A stretch of 53,089 nucleotides of DNA, from sequence record ON045001.1. One strand, written 5' to 3'. The notes below the pieces were generated by a model. The model did not search any database and was not told where the DNA came from. It saw nothing but the letters and a program-made list of their open reading frames with translations. Shown piece by piece: positions 18,649 through 29,100 of the stretch; the stretch's first letter is position 1, and every line of letters begins with the position of its first letter. The stretch is from Klebsiella phage vB_KpnS_SXFY507. The translations under genes were made by a program, and so were the position numbers.

Positions 18649-19030
18649 ATTAGAAGTTGATGCAAGGGATTTTGTATACAAATCCTTTAAGCAGTACCCG
18701 ATCGCAATTGACAACGTAAGCTTCAAGCCTCCCGCCGATGGCTCTATGTGGTTGCGGTTCCGATACCTCCCGGCAATTAGTGAGCCAGTATCACTTGATC
18801 GAGAGTGTATGGTTTACGTTGGCATGGCTCAGGTTGATGTTGTCTTTCGCCCTGGTGTTGGGAACGACAAGGCAAATAAATTGGCTAAGGATATAGCCAA
18901 GGCCGCGAAAGATGGTATAATGCTTCCGAATTGCTACATTTACGAATGCGGCAAAGTCCATCCAGTACAGAAGAGTGAAACGGGCTGGTTTGTTCCGGTA
19001 CGCTTCGCAGTAAGAACAGAAACCAAATAG
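18638..19030 (+). CDS. tail terminator protein (DUF4128-like)
   Basis: position and composition. Confidence 0.7.
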   Translation: MHYELEVDARDFVYKSFKQYPIAIDNVSFKPPADGSMWLRFRYLPAISEPVSLDRECMVYVGMAQVDVVFRPGVGNDKANKLAKDIAKAAKDGIMLPNCYIYECGKVHPVQKSETGWFVPVRFAVRTETK

Positions 19031-19041
19031 AGGATCACATT

Positions 19042-19701
19042 ATGCACTTACCTAACGGCGCAAAAGTATTTGTTGAGAGCAATCGCGATGCCGAGATCGC
19101 ATTTACCAAAATGACCAACGCAGCAGCCAACCCGGTTGTAACCGTATCCGACACAAGCAAAATTGCCGCGAAAGATATCTTCATCATCACCGCTTCCGCA
19201 TGGTCTGGTGTCGTGAACAAAGTTGTTCGCATCAAGTCCGTTGATGCCGCGACTAAAACCGCAACCCTGGAAGAACTGGATACTTCAGATCTTAACCTGT
19301 TCCCGGCTGGCGGCGCTGGTTCGTTCGCTAAGGTGTCCGGCTGGTCTGAAATCCCTTGCGTACAAGACCTGGGAAAAGAAGGCGGCGAGCAGCAATACTA
19401 CACCTACCAATGCCTGGCGGATGAAGAAGAACAGAGCGAGCCGACCTATAAGAGCGCAACCACGCTTACTTATAACTTCGCTCACGACTTCACCAACCCG
19501 ATCTATGCAACGCTCCGGGCGGCTGATAAGGCGAAAGAAGCGAAGGCGTTTTATATGTACGTCCCGCGCGCGAAAGAAAATCGCTACTGGTCTGGTGTGC
19601 CGTCATTTGACGATATCCCGTCCACTGCGGTAAACGAAATGGAAACCGTCCTGCTTTCTATCGCGGTGAAAGGTCGTCACGTTTTCTTACCTGCAAGTTA
19701 A
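19042..19701 (+). CDS. major tail tube protein
   Basis: beta-rich protein upstream of the chaperone pair. Confidence 0.8.
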   Translation: MHLPNGAKVFVESNRDAEIAFTKMTNAAANPVVTVSDTSKIAAKDIFIITASAWSGVVNKVVRIKSVDAATKTATLEELDTSDLNLFPAGGAGSFAKVSGWSEIPCVQDLGKEGGEQQYYTYQCLADEEEQSEPTYKSATTLTYNFAHDFTNPIYATLRAADKAKEAKAFYMYVPRAKENRYWSGVPSFDDIPSTAVNEMETVLLSIAVKGRHVFLPAS

Positions 19702-19715
19702 TTTAAAGGGGGCGC

Positions 19716-19743
19716 TTGCGCTCCCTTTTCTTTTGTGTATAAT
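19716..19743 (+). promoter_or_regulatory. promoter TTGCGC-N16-TATAAT overlapping a GC-rich hairpin/T-tract
   Basis: GGGGGCGCTTGCGCTCCCTTTT is terminator-like and is followed by a consensus TATAAT. Confidence 0.45.
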
Positions 19744-19777
19744 CATCATAAATTCACTAAACAAAGAGGTTCAACAA

Positions 19778-20089
19778 ATGGCTAAGTTCAAACTCAAAAT
19801 TGGCGCTCTTCCTGATTTTAAACTCCCGGTTCCGTTCCTGCTGCCTAACGGCGAAGATTGCGAGATCGTGTTTACCGTCAAGCACAAGAAAAGCAGCGAA
19901 GTAGAAGAGCTTTTTGATAAGGGCGCGAAAAACCTTGAGTTTATCAAGTTCCTTTGTGTCGGTTGGGATCTTGAAGAAGAGTTTAACGATGAAAACATCC
20001 TTGAGCTTTGCGGCCTGTTCCCTTCAATCCCGCTAATGCTCCCGCAAGAATACTTTAAGGCTCTTGCGGGTTATCGGGCAAAAAACTAA
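19778..20089 (+). CDS. tail assembly chaperone (gpG-like)
   Basis: position between the tail tube and tape measure genes; ends at a slippery site. Confidence 0.78.
   Translation: MAKFKLKIGALPDFKLPVPFLLPNGEDCEIVFTVKHKKSSEVEELFDKGAKNLEFIKFLCVGWDLEEEFNDENILELCGLFPSIPLMLPQEYFKALAGYRAKN
20080..20086 (+). promoter_or_regulatory. programmed -1 frameshift slippery heptamer A AAA AAC
   Basis: in-frame gc[A AAA AAC] TAA; the -1 frame runs CTA AAA AGG GCC GTT AAG CTA TCT CAG ATG without a stop into ORF 20113. Confidence 0.85.
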
Positions 20090-20397
20090 AAAGGGCCGTT
20101 AAGCTATCTCAGATGCCGGAGCCGACAGACGCAGAATTAGCAGATTACGGACTAAGGCGCGAGGATTACGAGCAGGATCTTGATGTTGTTCACTTCACCG
20201 AAGAAATGGCTAGATCCTGGGATTTATTCCTCGCAATGTCAACGCAATGGCGGCAGGGTGGCGGCGGCCCGACAGGCTTAGATTATAATGCATTGCCTAT
20301 CGTTATGAAGTTCTATAAAATAGACGATGACGAAGCATTGTTTAACGACTTGAGAATATTAGAGGGTGAGACTCTTCGACTATTCTACAAGAAATAA
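20086..20397 (+). CDS. -1 frame extension of the tail assembly chaperone (gpT-like / DUF1799-like)
   Basis: continuous -1 frame from the slippery site into ORF 20113..20397. Confidence 0.82.
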   Translation, partial: LKRAVKLSQMPEPTDAELADYGLRREDYEQDLDVVHFTEEMARSWDLFLAMSTQWRQGGGGPTGLDYNALPIVMKFYKIDDDEALFNDLRILEGETLRLFYKK

Positions 20398-20402
20398 CCA
20401 TA

Positions 20403-20423
20403 GCGCCTTCGGGCGCTTTTTTT
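20403..20423 (+). terminator. rho-independent terminator
   Basis: GCGCC-TTC-GGGCGC followed by a T tract. Confidence 0.7.
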
Positions 20424-20436
20424 GTATGGGGGCTAT

Positions 20437-23400
20437 ATGACTGAAAAGTTTGCAGGTCTAGCGCTAGGCGTTGACGTGTCGCAAGTCGATAATGCCGTTA
20501 AGTCACTTCAGAATTTCAAAAAAGCGAATAATGAAGGGGCGCAGGCGGTTGAAGATTTCGCGATGCAAGAATCAATGGCGAGAGCTAAGGCCAAGGCGCT
20601 GGCGGAAGAGATCGCCAAGCAGCGAAAAGAAACAGAGCAGGCCCGAGCCGATTTTAGAAAGCTGGTTCAGGTTATCGATCCGACAGCTAAGAAAATGGAC
20701 GAGCTAAGGGTTGCATCTCAAGCCCTTGATAGAGCGTGGCAGAAGGGGATTGTTCCAGATGAACAGTTTTTCAAGCTGGGCGAGATGCTCGACAACGAGG
20801 CCGGGAAGTTAAAGAACGTTCAGCTTGCGTTAACCGAAGAAGGGCGGGCGGTTCTTGCTGAAGCGAAAGAAAAAGAGCGCGCTACTCTGATTGGTGATAA
20901 GTTCATTGCCAACCTTGAGCGGCAGGCGGCGCAGGCCGGGAAAACTAAATCAGAAATCCTGGCAATGCAGGCGGTACAGGCAGGAAGAGAAGCGCAAGCG
21001 TCACCACTAATCGCACAAATGCAGGCTCAAGAGAACGCAGCGCGCGAAGCGGCGGCAGCACTCAAGGCAGAAGCGGCGGCGAAGCGCGAGGCAGAGAATC
21101 AAGCCAAGTCTTTCATGCAGACGCTAAAGCGCCAATCTGAGGAGGTGGGGTTAAGTCGCATTGAGATCCTAGAGTTGAGAGCCGCAGAGATGGGGCTTAC
21201 CGCTCAGGCCAAGCCGATGATCGACAACCTGAAGAAGCAAGCGGCGGCGATGAACGTTAACGGGTTATCCGCAGGACGTTATCGAATGGCGATGCAGCAG
21301 CTACCCATGCAGATCACGGACGTTGTAACATCTCTCGCTTCAGGTATGCCCGTTTGGCTGGTTGCCGTCCAGCAGGGCGGACAGATTAAGGACTCATTCG
21401 GCGGGATCGGGAACGTTCTTAAGCTTTTGCGGCAGCAGATTACGCTAACTCGCGTCGCTATGGGTGGCCTTGCTGGCGTTATGGCTACGCTTGGAATCGC
21501 GGCATATCAATCCTACATGAATCAGCGCGAGCTACAGAGCGCATTGACAATGACGGGCGGTTACGCTGCAAAGACGGCGGCGGAGATTTACGCTGTAACG
21601 GAAGAAATCAACAAAAACAGCAACGCCACGATCGGGAGCATTAACGGGATCGCTACCAGCCTGGCTAAGTCCGGCAAGTACACGATTAACCAAATCAAGA
21701 TGATCACCAAAACAACGGCGGAATGGGAAGCTGTTACGGGCGAAAAATCTGATGAGGTTGTATCGCACTTCGACAAGATCGCAAAAGACCCGGTTAAGGG
21801 TTTGGCCTCTCTTAATGAGCAATTTAATTTCCTGGAGAAAGGGCAGCTAACCTACATCGCCAACCTGAAGAAAACGCAGGGAGAAACGGCAGCGGTAGAC
21901 GCCGCAACCAAACTCTTTGCCGACACGATGGACACGCGATTAGCTCAGATTGCAGATAGCGCAACGCCGCTTGAAAAAATGTGGACTGACATTAAAAAAT
22001 GGTCTGCTGATTCGTGGAAGTGGGTAGGAGATCACACGGTAGCGGCATTGAACAAAGTCGTTTCGGTTGTTCAGTCGATCATTAACCAAGTTCGCGCGCT
22101 CATTGCTCAGGGCGACGCCATGATCGCAGGATTCATGGTTAAAGCTGGTGAATCTTATCAGAATTCATGGCTGGGTAAGGTTGGGCCGGATATGTCAGGC
22201 TTCATTGCTGACCAGCGCAAGATCTGGAACGACGCCAAAAAGGATGCGGCAGACTTCGCGAAAGCGGCTGATAAAGCATATGCCGATGCAATGAAATCTG
22301 AAGACGAATGGATTAAGAGCCGAGGCCGTGAGCAGAGCGGGAAAGGTTATAGTTCAAAAGTCAAGGATGAGGTTGCGAAGGAAGCCGAAGAACTGGCGAA
22401 GAAGGGAGCCAAGGCCCGCAAAGATCAGGTTGACGCAGGGGCGAAATTGGGCGAGCAGTACGAAGCCGAAGTTCTGGCATTGCGCGCTCAGCTTAAGGTT
22501 TTACAGGATCACAAAGGACTTGACGACAAGATCTCGCAGCAGAGAAAGACCTACTGGAATGATGTTGCGCGATTCCAGATCCTTGAGGAAGCCGCAGGCC
22601 GTCGCAAGTTGACGAACAGCGAAAAGCAGCTATTAGCCCAAAAGGAAATCATTCTAGCGGCGTCCAAGGAAAAGGCCGAAATTGGTGATCAGATTGTTCA
22701 GCAGGAGCGTTTAAACGCGCTACTTGATAAATCAGTCAAGCACCATAACGAGATGCTAGCCAAGCGCCAGGCTCTTAAGGCAACCGAGGGGATGAGCGAT
22801 CGCCAAGCTTCGCGATACACGGAAACCGAGAAGCTTCGCACTGACTGGATTAATGGCGGCGGAAAGGATACCGATTCCGGCTACTTAAGCATGAAAAAGG
22901 ATATGGAAGATTACTACGCTGAAGAGGACGCGCTTAGAGGTAGTTGGGAGGCTGGAGTTTCTAAGGCGTGGGCCAACATTGGCGATCAGGTGATGGACGT
23001 ATCTGGCAACATGCAGAGCGTTATAGAGGGGGCATTCAACGGCGCGGCTGATGCAATGACAACCTTCCTGCTAACTGGTAAGATGAACTTCGGGGAGTTT
23101 GCAAAAAGCATCCTTGCGGACTTAACGAAGATGCTTGTTAAGATGGCTCTATTTAACGCGATGGCTTCAATGTTTGGGGGGTTTGGAGGGGCAGCGTCGG
23201 GCGCTGGCGCATCATCCGGTACAGCGGTAAGTAATTGGGGTGGTTCGCTCTTCGCAAATGGTGGGTACACTGGCGATGGCGGGAAGTACGAGCCTAAAGG
23301 CGTTGTTCATGGCGGTGAGTTCGTATTCACCAAGGAGGCGACAAAACGAATTGGCCCGGACAACCTTCACAAGCTTATGCGCGGCTACGCGAATGGCGGT

Positions 23401-23622
23401 CTTGTTGGCTCCGTTCCAACCTCGGGGAGTGGCACCACGACAACCGGAAGCGGCGGAATCCAATTCCAGATGGGCGACGTTGTTTTGCAGGGGGTAGGCT
23501 CTTCAGGGCCGGACGCTAAAGCAATGGAGCAGGGCGTTAGAGCTATCTTTAACGATATGATTAACACGGAAACGCGCCAGGGTGGCAGGCTATACAACCT
23601 GATTAATGGGGGTAAAAAATAA
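20437..23622 (+). CDS. tail tape measure protein
   Basis: 1,061 aa; coiled-coil N-terminus, YRMAMQQLPMQITDVVTSLASGMPVW motif, hydrophobic segments, Gly-rich C-terminus with VVHGGEFVFTKEA. Confidence 0.92.
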   Translation: MTEKFAGLALGVDVSQVDNAVKSLQNFKKANNEGAQAVEDFAMQESMARAKAKALAEEIAKQRKETEQARADFRKLVQVIDPTAKKMDELRVASQALDRAWQKGIVPDEQFFKLGEMLDNEAGKLKNVQLALTEEGRAVLAEAKEKERATLIGDKFIANLERQAAQAGKTKSEILAMQAVQAGREAQASPLIAQMQAQENAAREAAAALKAEAAAKREAENQAKSFMQTLKRQSEEVGLSRIEILELRAAEMGLTAQAKPMIDNLKKQAAAMNVNGLSAGRYRMAMQQLPMQITDVVTSLASGMPVWLVAVQQGGQIKDSFGGIGNVLKLLRQQITLTRVAMGGLAGVMATLGIAAYQSYMNQRELQSALTMTGGYAAKTAAEIYAVTEEINKNSNATIGSINGIATSLAKSGKYTINQIKMITKTTAEWEAVTGEKSDEVVSHFDKIAKDPVKGLASLNEQFNFLEKGQLTYIANLKKTQGETAAVDAATKLFADTMDTRLAQIADSATPLEKMWTDIKKWSADSWKWVGDHTVAALNKVVSVVQSIINQVRALIAQGDAMIAGFMVKAGESYQNSWLGKVGPDMSGFIADQRKIWNDAKKDAADFAKAADKAYADAMKSEDEWIKSRGREQSGKGYSSKVKDEVAKEAEELAKKGAKARKDQVDAGAKLGEQYEAEVLALRAQLKVLQDHKGLDDKISQQRKTYWNDVARFQILEEAAGRRKLTNSEKQLLAQKEIILAASKEKAEIGDQIVQQERLNALLDKSVKHHNEMLAKRQALKATEGMSDRQASRYTETEKLRTDWINGGGKDTDSGYLSMKKDMEDYYAEEDALRGSWEAGVSKAWANIGDQVMDVSGNMQSVIEGAFNGAADAMTTFLLTGKMNFGEFAKSILADLTKMLVKMALFNAMASMFGGFGGAASGAGASSGTAVSNWGGSLFANGGYTGDGGKYEPKGVVHGGEFVFTKEATKRIGPDNLHKLMRGYANGGLVGSVPTSGSGTTTTGSGGIQFQMGDVVLQGVGSSGPDAKAMEQGVRAIFNDMINTETRQGGRLYNLINGGKK

Positions 23623-23976
23623 ATGAAGCTGAAAACATTTACATGGTGTACTCAGATTCAGGGAGGGGCGGCGCAAGTCGCCGCTACCAACAATATGAGA
23701 TCTGCTCAATTCGGCAATGGATTTATCCAATCAGCATCATCGGGGATAAACACTCGCCGCCGTAGCTCTAACATTGTCCACGGCTCATCGAAGCACTGGC
23801 GGGAGGTTTACGACTTTTGCAACGAGCACGTAATGAAGCCGTTTATCTGGACTCCGGCAGATGGGAGGATGGGGGTATTTATCGTCCTCCCGGATACGGT
23901 AGTTTTGAAGCCAGTAGCCGGAAAACTGTATGAGGTTACGGCAACGTTTGAAGAAAGATTTACCGCATTCAAATAG
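23623..23976 (+). CDS. minor tail protein, gpM-like
   Basis: position and MRSAQFGNGFIQ...REVYDFCNEH. Confidence 0.75.
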   Translation: MKLKTFTWCTQIQGGAAQVAATNNMRSAQFGNGFIQSASSGINTRRRSSNIVHGSSKHWREVYDFCNEHVMKPFIWTPADGRMGVFIVLPDTVVLKPVAGKLYEVTATFEERFTAFK

Positions 23977-24040
23977 CACATTTTGCCGCCCATCGTGGCG
24001 GCTTTTGTGTTACCATCTCAAAACCAATAAGGGAGGTTCT

Positions 24041-24793
24041 ATGAAAAACAACTTATCATCAAACTTTGTAAACTGCCTTGAGTCGCTTTACCCTGGGGAG
24101 ATCTTAACTCTCGTTGAGGTTGACGGCGAGAAGTTCGGCGCGCAGGTATACCGATTCCATAACGAGAATATTCAATTCACAACTGAAGAGCTTCTTCGTG
24201 TCCAGGCTGGCGGAGAATTACCGCAGAAGAATATAATCTTCCAGGGTAACGAGTATGGGCCGCGCCCGTTCGGGATCTCGGGAATTGAGTTAAGCACCGA
24301 TGGAAAGGCGAATAAACCTAAGCTTGTCCTGTCAAATATTGACGCGCAAGTTTCCGCTCTAATCCGGGCATACAACGGCATGATGCAAGCCAAGGTTACG
24401 ATCTGGATTCTTGTTAAAGATCTGCTTAAAGACAACGGAACTGTTGAGCCTGGAGACTTCCGGCGATTGGTTTACTACATTGAGCGCCCGGAAAGTGTAG
24501 ACCAGCAAAAGGCAACCTTTGAACTAACCAGCCCGTTTGATATGGATGGCGTGAACGTCCCGGCGCGGCTAACTCAAACGGTTTGCTATTGGGCGCAGCG
24601 CGGATGGTACAAGAGCGGTAAGGGCTGCATGTATCGGGGCCAGAATGGATATTTCGACAAAGACGGAAAGCCAACCGACGACCCGGCCCAAGATTATTGC
24701 CCTGGCCTTGTCTCTTCGTGTAGACTAAGATTTAAAAGTGAGCCGCTGGACTTTGGCGGATGCGCAACGGCAACGGTTAAATCAGGAACTTAA
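24041..24793 (+). CDS. minor tail protein, gpL-like
   Basis: C-terminal Cys-rich pattern GKGCMYRGQNGYFDKDGKPTDDPAQDYCPGLVSSCRLRF. Confidence 0.82.
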   Translation: MKNNLSSNFVNCLESLYPGEILTLVEVDGEKFGAQVYRFHNENIQFTTEELLRVQAGGELPQKNIIFQGNEYGPRPFGISGIELSTDGKANKPKLVLSNIDAQVSALIRAYNGMMQAKVTIWILVKDLLKDNGTVEPGDFRRLVYYIERPESVDQQKATFELTSPFDMDGVNVPARLTQTVCYWAQRGWYKSGKGCMYRGQNGYFDKDGKPTDDPAQDYCPGLVSSCRLRFKSEPLDFGGCATATVKSGT

Positions 24794-24795
24794 TC

Positions 24796-25530
24796 ATGAT
24801 ACAACCAAAAATTAAGATGGCGATCTTTGAGCACGCAAAAGAGGTATACCCGCACGAATGCGCGGGTTTAATCACGCAAAAGGGGCGGGTTCAGAAATAC
24901 CACGCGATCGACAATGTGGCGGCAGACCCTGAAAACCAATGCGTGCCAGATGAAAAGCAGTACGGCGAAATCATGCTAGAGAATGAAGGTAAGGTTGTAG
25001 CGTTTGTTCATTCTCACACTGGCGACGGGGCAACCACGATCCCAAGCGCACATGATGTTTGCATGTGCAACGAGTTTGAAATCCCGTTCGTTATTGTAAG
25101 TTTGCCGGAAGGTGATCTTCGGGTTATCGAACCAACGTCAACGCCTCTGATTGGTCGCCCCTGGTCTTTGGGTTCATATGATTGCTGGGGGCTAATTATG
25201 TCATTTCACAAGCTTCATGGCATTGAGTTAAACGATTTCAGAAAACCATATGAGTGGTGGAAGGAGGGAGAGGACTTGTACGCCGAAAACTGGCAAGCTG
25301 AAGGCTTCGAAGAGGTGTACGGCCCGCCGCGATTTGGCGATATGATCATCTTCCAACTTCAATCGCCAGTGTGGAACCATGCGGGGATTTACGTGGGGAA
25401 CAACGAGATCATTCACCACTTGCAAGGGCGTTTATCAAGCGTCGATTTGTATAGCGGTTGGTATGAAGAGAAAACGGTTTTGGTTTGCAGACATAAGGAT
25501 CTTAAACATGGCATCATTGAAAAATATTAA
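24796..25530 (+). CDS. tail assembly protein, gpK-like (JAB/MPN + NlpC/P60)
   Basis: HPHECAG-like YPHECAGLI, HSHTGDGATTIPSAHD, SYDCWGLI...GDMIIFQL...HAGIYVG. Confidence 0.88.
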   Translation: MIQPKIKMAIFEHAKEVYPHECAGLITQKGRVQKYHAIDNVAADPENQCVPDEKQYGEIMLENEGKVVAFVHSHTGDGATTIPSAHDVCMCNEFEIPFVIVSLPEGDLRVIEPTSTPLIGRPWSLGSYDCWGLIMSFHKLHGIELNDFRKPYEWWKEGEDLYAENWQAEGFEEVYGPPRFGDMIIFQLQSPVWNHAGIYVGNNEIIHHLQGRLSSVDLYSGWYEEKTVLVCRHKDLKHGIIEKY

Positions 25531-26104
25531 GCTTAGCGGTTCGCTGGGGCGCAGATTCGGAGTATTCCACAAGTTCGCCGTAGATAGTTTCCCGGAATGC
25601 ATCCGGGCAATGACCTATCAGGTAGAAGGCTTCAAGGAATATATTTCGAGTGAAGTTGGTAGCCGGACACGATTTGCTGTATTCGTTGACGGAAAGAACG
25701 TAGGCCAGCATGACTTACGGGCTTTTAAATGCGCTCGCGAGATCAGAATAATCCCGGTTCCAACGGCAGCAAAAAACGCCGGACTCTTCCAGATCGTATT
25801 GGGGGCGGTGATTATGGCTACCGCTTTCTTTACTGGTGGTGCTTCCCTTGCTGCAATGGGCGCTATGTCATCGGCGGCTTTCATGGCTGGCGGCGCTATG
25901 GTTTTGGGTGGTATTACGCAGATCTTATCACCTCAACCTGGAGGGTTAAGCAGATCTTCAGGCGTTGACAATAAACCATCATATGCCTTCGGCGGAGCTA
26001 TTAACACCACGGCGGCGGGTTATCCTGTTCAGCTTCCATATGGTTATAGGTCTGCTGGCGGGGCGCTGTTCTCTTCTGGTTCATACGCAGAAGACCAGGT
26101 TTAA
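25508..26104 (+). CDS. tail assembly protein, gpI-like
   Basis: LSGSLGRRFG N-terminus and Gly/Ala-rich hydrophobic region. Confidence 0.82.
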   Translation: MASLKNIKLSGSLGRRFGVFHKFAVDSFPECIRAMTYQVEGFKEYISSEVGSRTRFAVFVDGKNVGQHDLRAFKCAREIRIIPVPTAAKNAGLFQIVLGAVIMATAFFTGGASLAAMGAMSSAAFMAGGAMVLGGITQILSPQPGGLSRSSGVDNKPSYAFGGAINTTAAGYPVQLPYGYRSAGGALFSSGSYAEDQV

Positions 26105-26194
26105 AAAACAAAAGCACTTTTTACCCTGTGGGCTATGGCCTACGGGGTTTTTGTGTTGTATAATTTCCGTGAAATCAAAACAGGAGGCAAATTA

Positions 26195-29100
26195 ATGTCA
26201 AAAGTAATAACCGCAATGGGTAAGGGTGGCAGCAGCACACCGCGCCAGCCAAAGGAGATGCCCGATAACCTCATCTCCAAAGACAGGATTAAGCTTCTTC
26301 TCGCGGTTGCTGACGGTGAAGTAGAGAACGATTTCAACCTTAAGCAATTGATGTTCGGCGGCGTCCCGGTTCAAAACGAAAGCGGGGAATTCAACTACCC
26401 GGACGTGATCGCAGAATTCCGGCCAGGTACGCAGACTCAAGACTTTATTCAAGGCTTCACCGAATCAAGTTCTGAAGTAACCGTTGCGCGCGACGTTAAG
26501 GCTAACCAGCCATACTCACTGACCGTTACCAACAAAAACCTTTCTGCTATTCGCTTCCGCCTCTTGTGGCCTCGCGTGCTTCAGCAGAAAGATAACGGCG
26601 ACATGGTAGGCTCAAAGGTTGAATATGCCTTTGATATGGCGGTTGACGGAGCGGCGTTTAAAGAGGTACTCCGCGACAATATCGACGGAAAGAATACCAC
26701 TGGCGGATATGATCGAAGCATTCGCATTAACTTACCGCAGGACTTCGCCAGCCAAGTAATTTTGCGAGTTCGCCGAATCACGCCGGATGCAGACGGGGTA
26801 AAAACGGTTGACGCCTTTAAGGTTCAGAGTTACGCCGAAGTTATTGATGCCCGCTTCCGCTACCCGTTAACCGCGCTTCTCTATGTTGAGTTTGATTCGG
26901 ACTTGTTCGAGAACAACATCCCGACAATCTCCATTAAGAAGAAGTGGAAGATAATCCAGGTTCCGAGCAACTACGACCCGATCGGCAGGACTTACAACGG
27001 GACGTGGAACGGTACATTTAAATGGGCCTGGAGCAACAACCCGGCGTGGGTACTTTATGACCTGATAACCAATCAGCGATACGGACTCGATCAGAAAGAG
27101 TTAGGAATCCCGGTTGATAAGTGGTCACTGTATGAAGTTGCGCAGTATTGCGATCAGAAGGTTCCAGACAATAAAGGCGGTGAGGAGCCTCGCTACCTTT
27201 GTGATATGGTGGTGCAGGATCAGGTTGAAGCTTATCGGTTGATTCGCGACGTTTGCTCTATCTTCCGTGGAATGAGCTTCTACAACGGCGAAAGCATCTC
27301 AATCGTTGTTGATAAGCCTCGGAATCCGGTTTACCTTTTCACTAACGACAACGTTATTGATGGTTATTTCGGTTACACGTTCGCCTCCGAAAAGAGCATG
27401 TATACGACCGTTAACGTGATGTTTGATGACGAAGAGAACGCCTATACTCAGGACGTTGAGCCTGTTTATGATGCGGTAGCTAGTCGCCGATTCGGTCACA
27501 ACCCAACGGACATTACAGCGATCGGATGTGTTCGACGCACTGAAGCCAACCGTCGCGGGCGCTGGATTATCAAAACCAACCTTCGCAGCGAAACGGTAAA
27601 CTTTGCAACCGGGTTGCAGGGCATGATCCCGACTTGCGGCGACGTTATCCAGGTTCTTGATGCGCATTACCAAAGCAACTTTGGCCTCATCCTTAGCGGA
27701 AGGGTTAGCGAAGTTTCCGGCCTTCAAGTTTTCTTGCCGATGAAGACAGACGCAAAAGCGGGTGACTTCATTATCATGAACAAGCCGGACGGCGCGCCAG
27801 TTAAGCGCACGATCGCAAGCGTATCAAGCGACGGCATGACGTTAACTCTTAACGTTGGATTCGGATTTGACGTTGCGCCGGATGCAGTATTCGCGATTGA
27901 ACGTACAGACCTGGCGATGAAGCTTTACGTTGTAATGAGCATCTCCAAGGGCAGCGACGAAGAAGAGTTTCAGTATAATATTTCAGCGGTTGAGTATAAC
28001 CCTGGCAAGTACGACGAGATCGATTATGGAGTCATCACCGATGAGCGACCAACGAGCATCGTTGAGCCGGATTCGATGCCAGCGCCGCAGGATGTAACAA
28101 TCTCTTCATTCTCTCGCGTGGTTCAGGGCTTAAGCCTGGAAACAATGGTTGTAGGGTGGAGCAAGGTTCGCTATGCATCGGTTTATGAAATGCAATGGCG
28201 TAAGGATGGCGGAAACTGGCTTAACACTCCGCGCACGGCAACAACCGAAACTCAAGTGGAGGGGATTTACTCCGGGGTTTATGAAGTAAGGGTTCGCGCG
28301 ATTAATGCTGGTGGGGTTGCTTCTCCGTGGTCTGATATAGTCGCTAAGTCGCTGACTGGTAAAGTTGGCAAGCCGAAAGCGCCGACCGGGATCACAGCAT
28401 CGGATAACGAAGTTTTAGGTATTCGCGTTAAGTGGTCTATGCCTGAAGGATCAGGCGATACTGCCTATATTGAATTGCACCAGTCGCCAGATAACAACGA
28501 TGCTAACTCATCGCTGTTAACTATGGTTCCTTATCCTGCTTTCGAATATTGGCATAGCACGCTAAGAAGCGGTCAGGTTGTTTGGTACAAGGTTAGAGCG
28601 GTTGACCGCATCGGCAACGTATCTGACTGGACGAAACTCACTCGCGGCATGGCGACCGACGATGTAGATCAGATAATGGATACCATTAAGATCGACATTC
28701 AAGGCACGGAAGGATACAAGGAGTTACAGAAGAATATCTTCGAAACAAACGAGCGGATTGATGAAGCCGAGCAGACCATCGCCAAGGTTGACGAAGACGC
28801 TAAGCAGGGAATCACAGAAGCCAAAAAGGATGCAGCAGACGCCAAGAAGCGAGCCGAAGAAGTTAACACGGCAGCGCAGAAAGGAATCAACGAAGCGAAG
28901 GCGGCAGCTAAAGCAGCAGACGACCACGCAACGCAAGTTGGAAAGGATGCTACGGCTGGACTGGCGGAAGCCAATGCAAAAACCGAACAAGTAAGGAAGG
29001 ATGCAGAGCAGGGAATCGCCGAGGCGAAGAACGACGCCAAAGCGGCGAAGGATGAGGCGCTAAGGGTTGAGGCTAAGGCTGATAAAGGAATCAGCGAAGC

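Noticed and set aside
26110-26125. AAAAGCACTTTTTACCC upstream of the J-like gene
   Set aside because: Only half of the box is present and the TATAAT at about 26159 is too far away.
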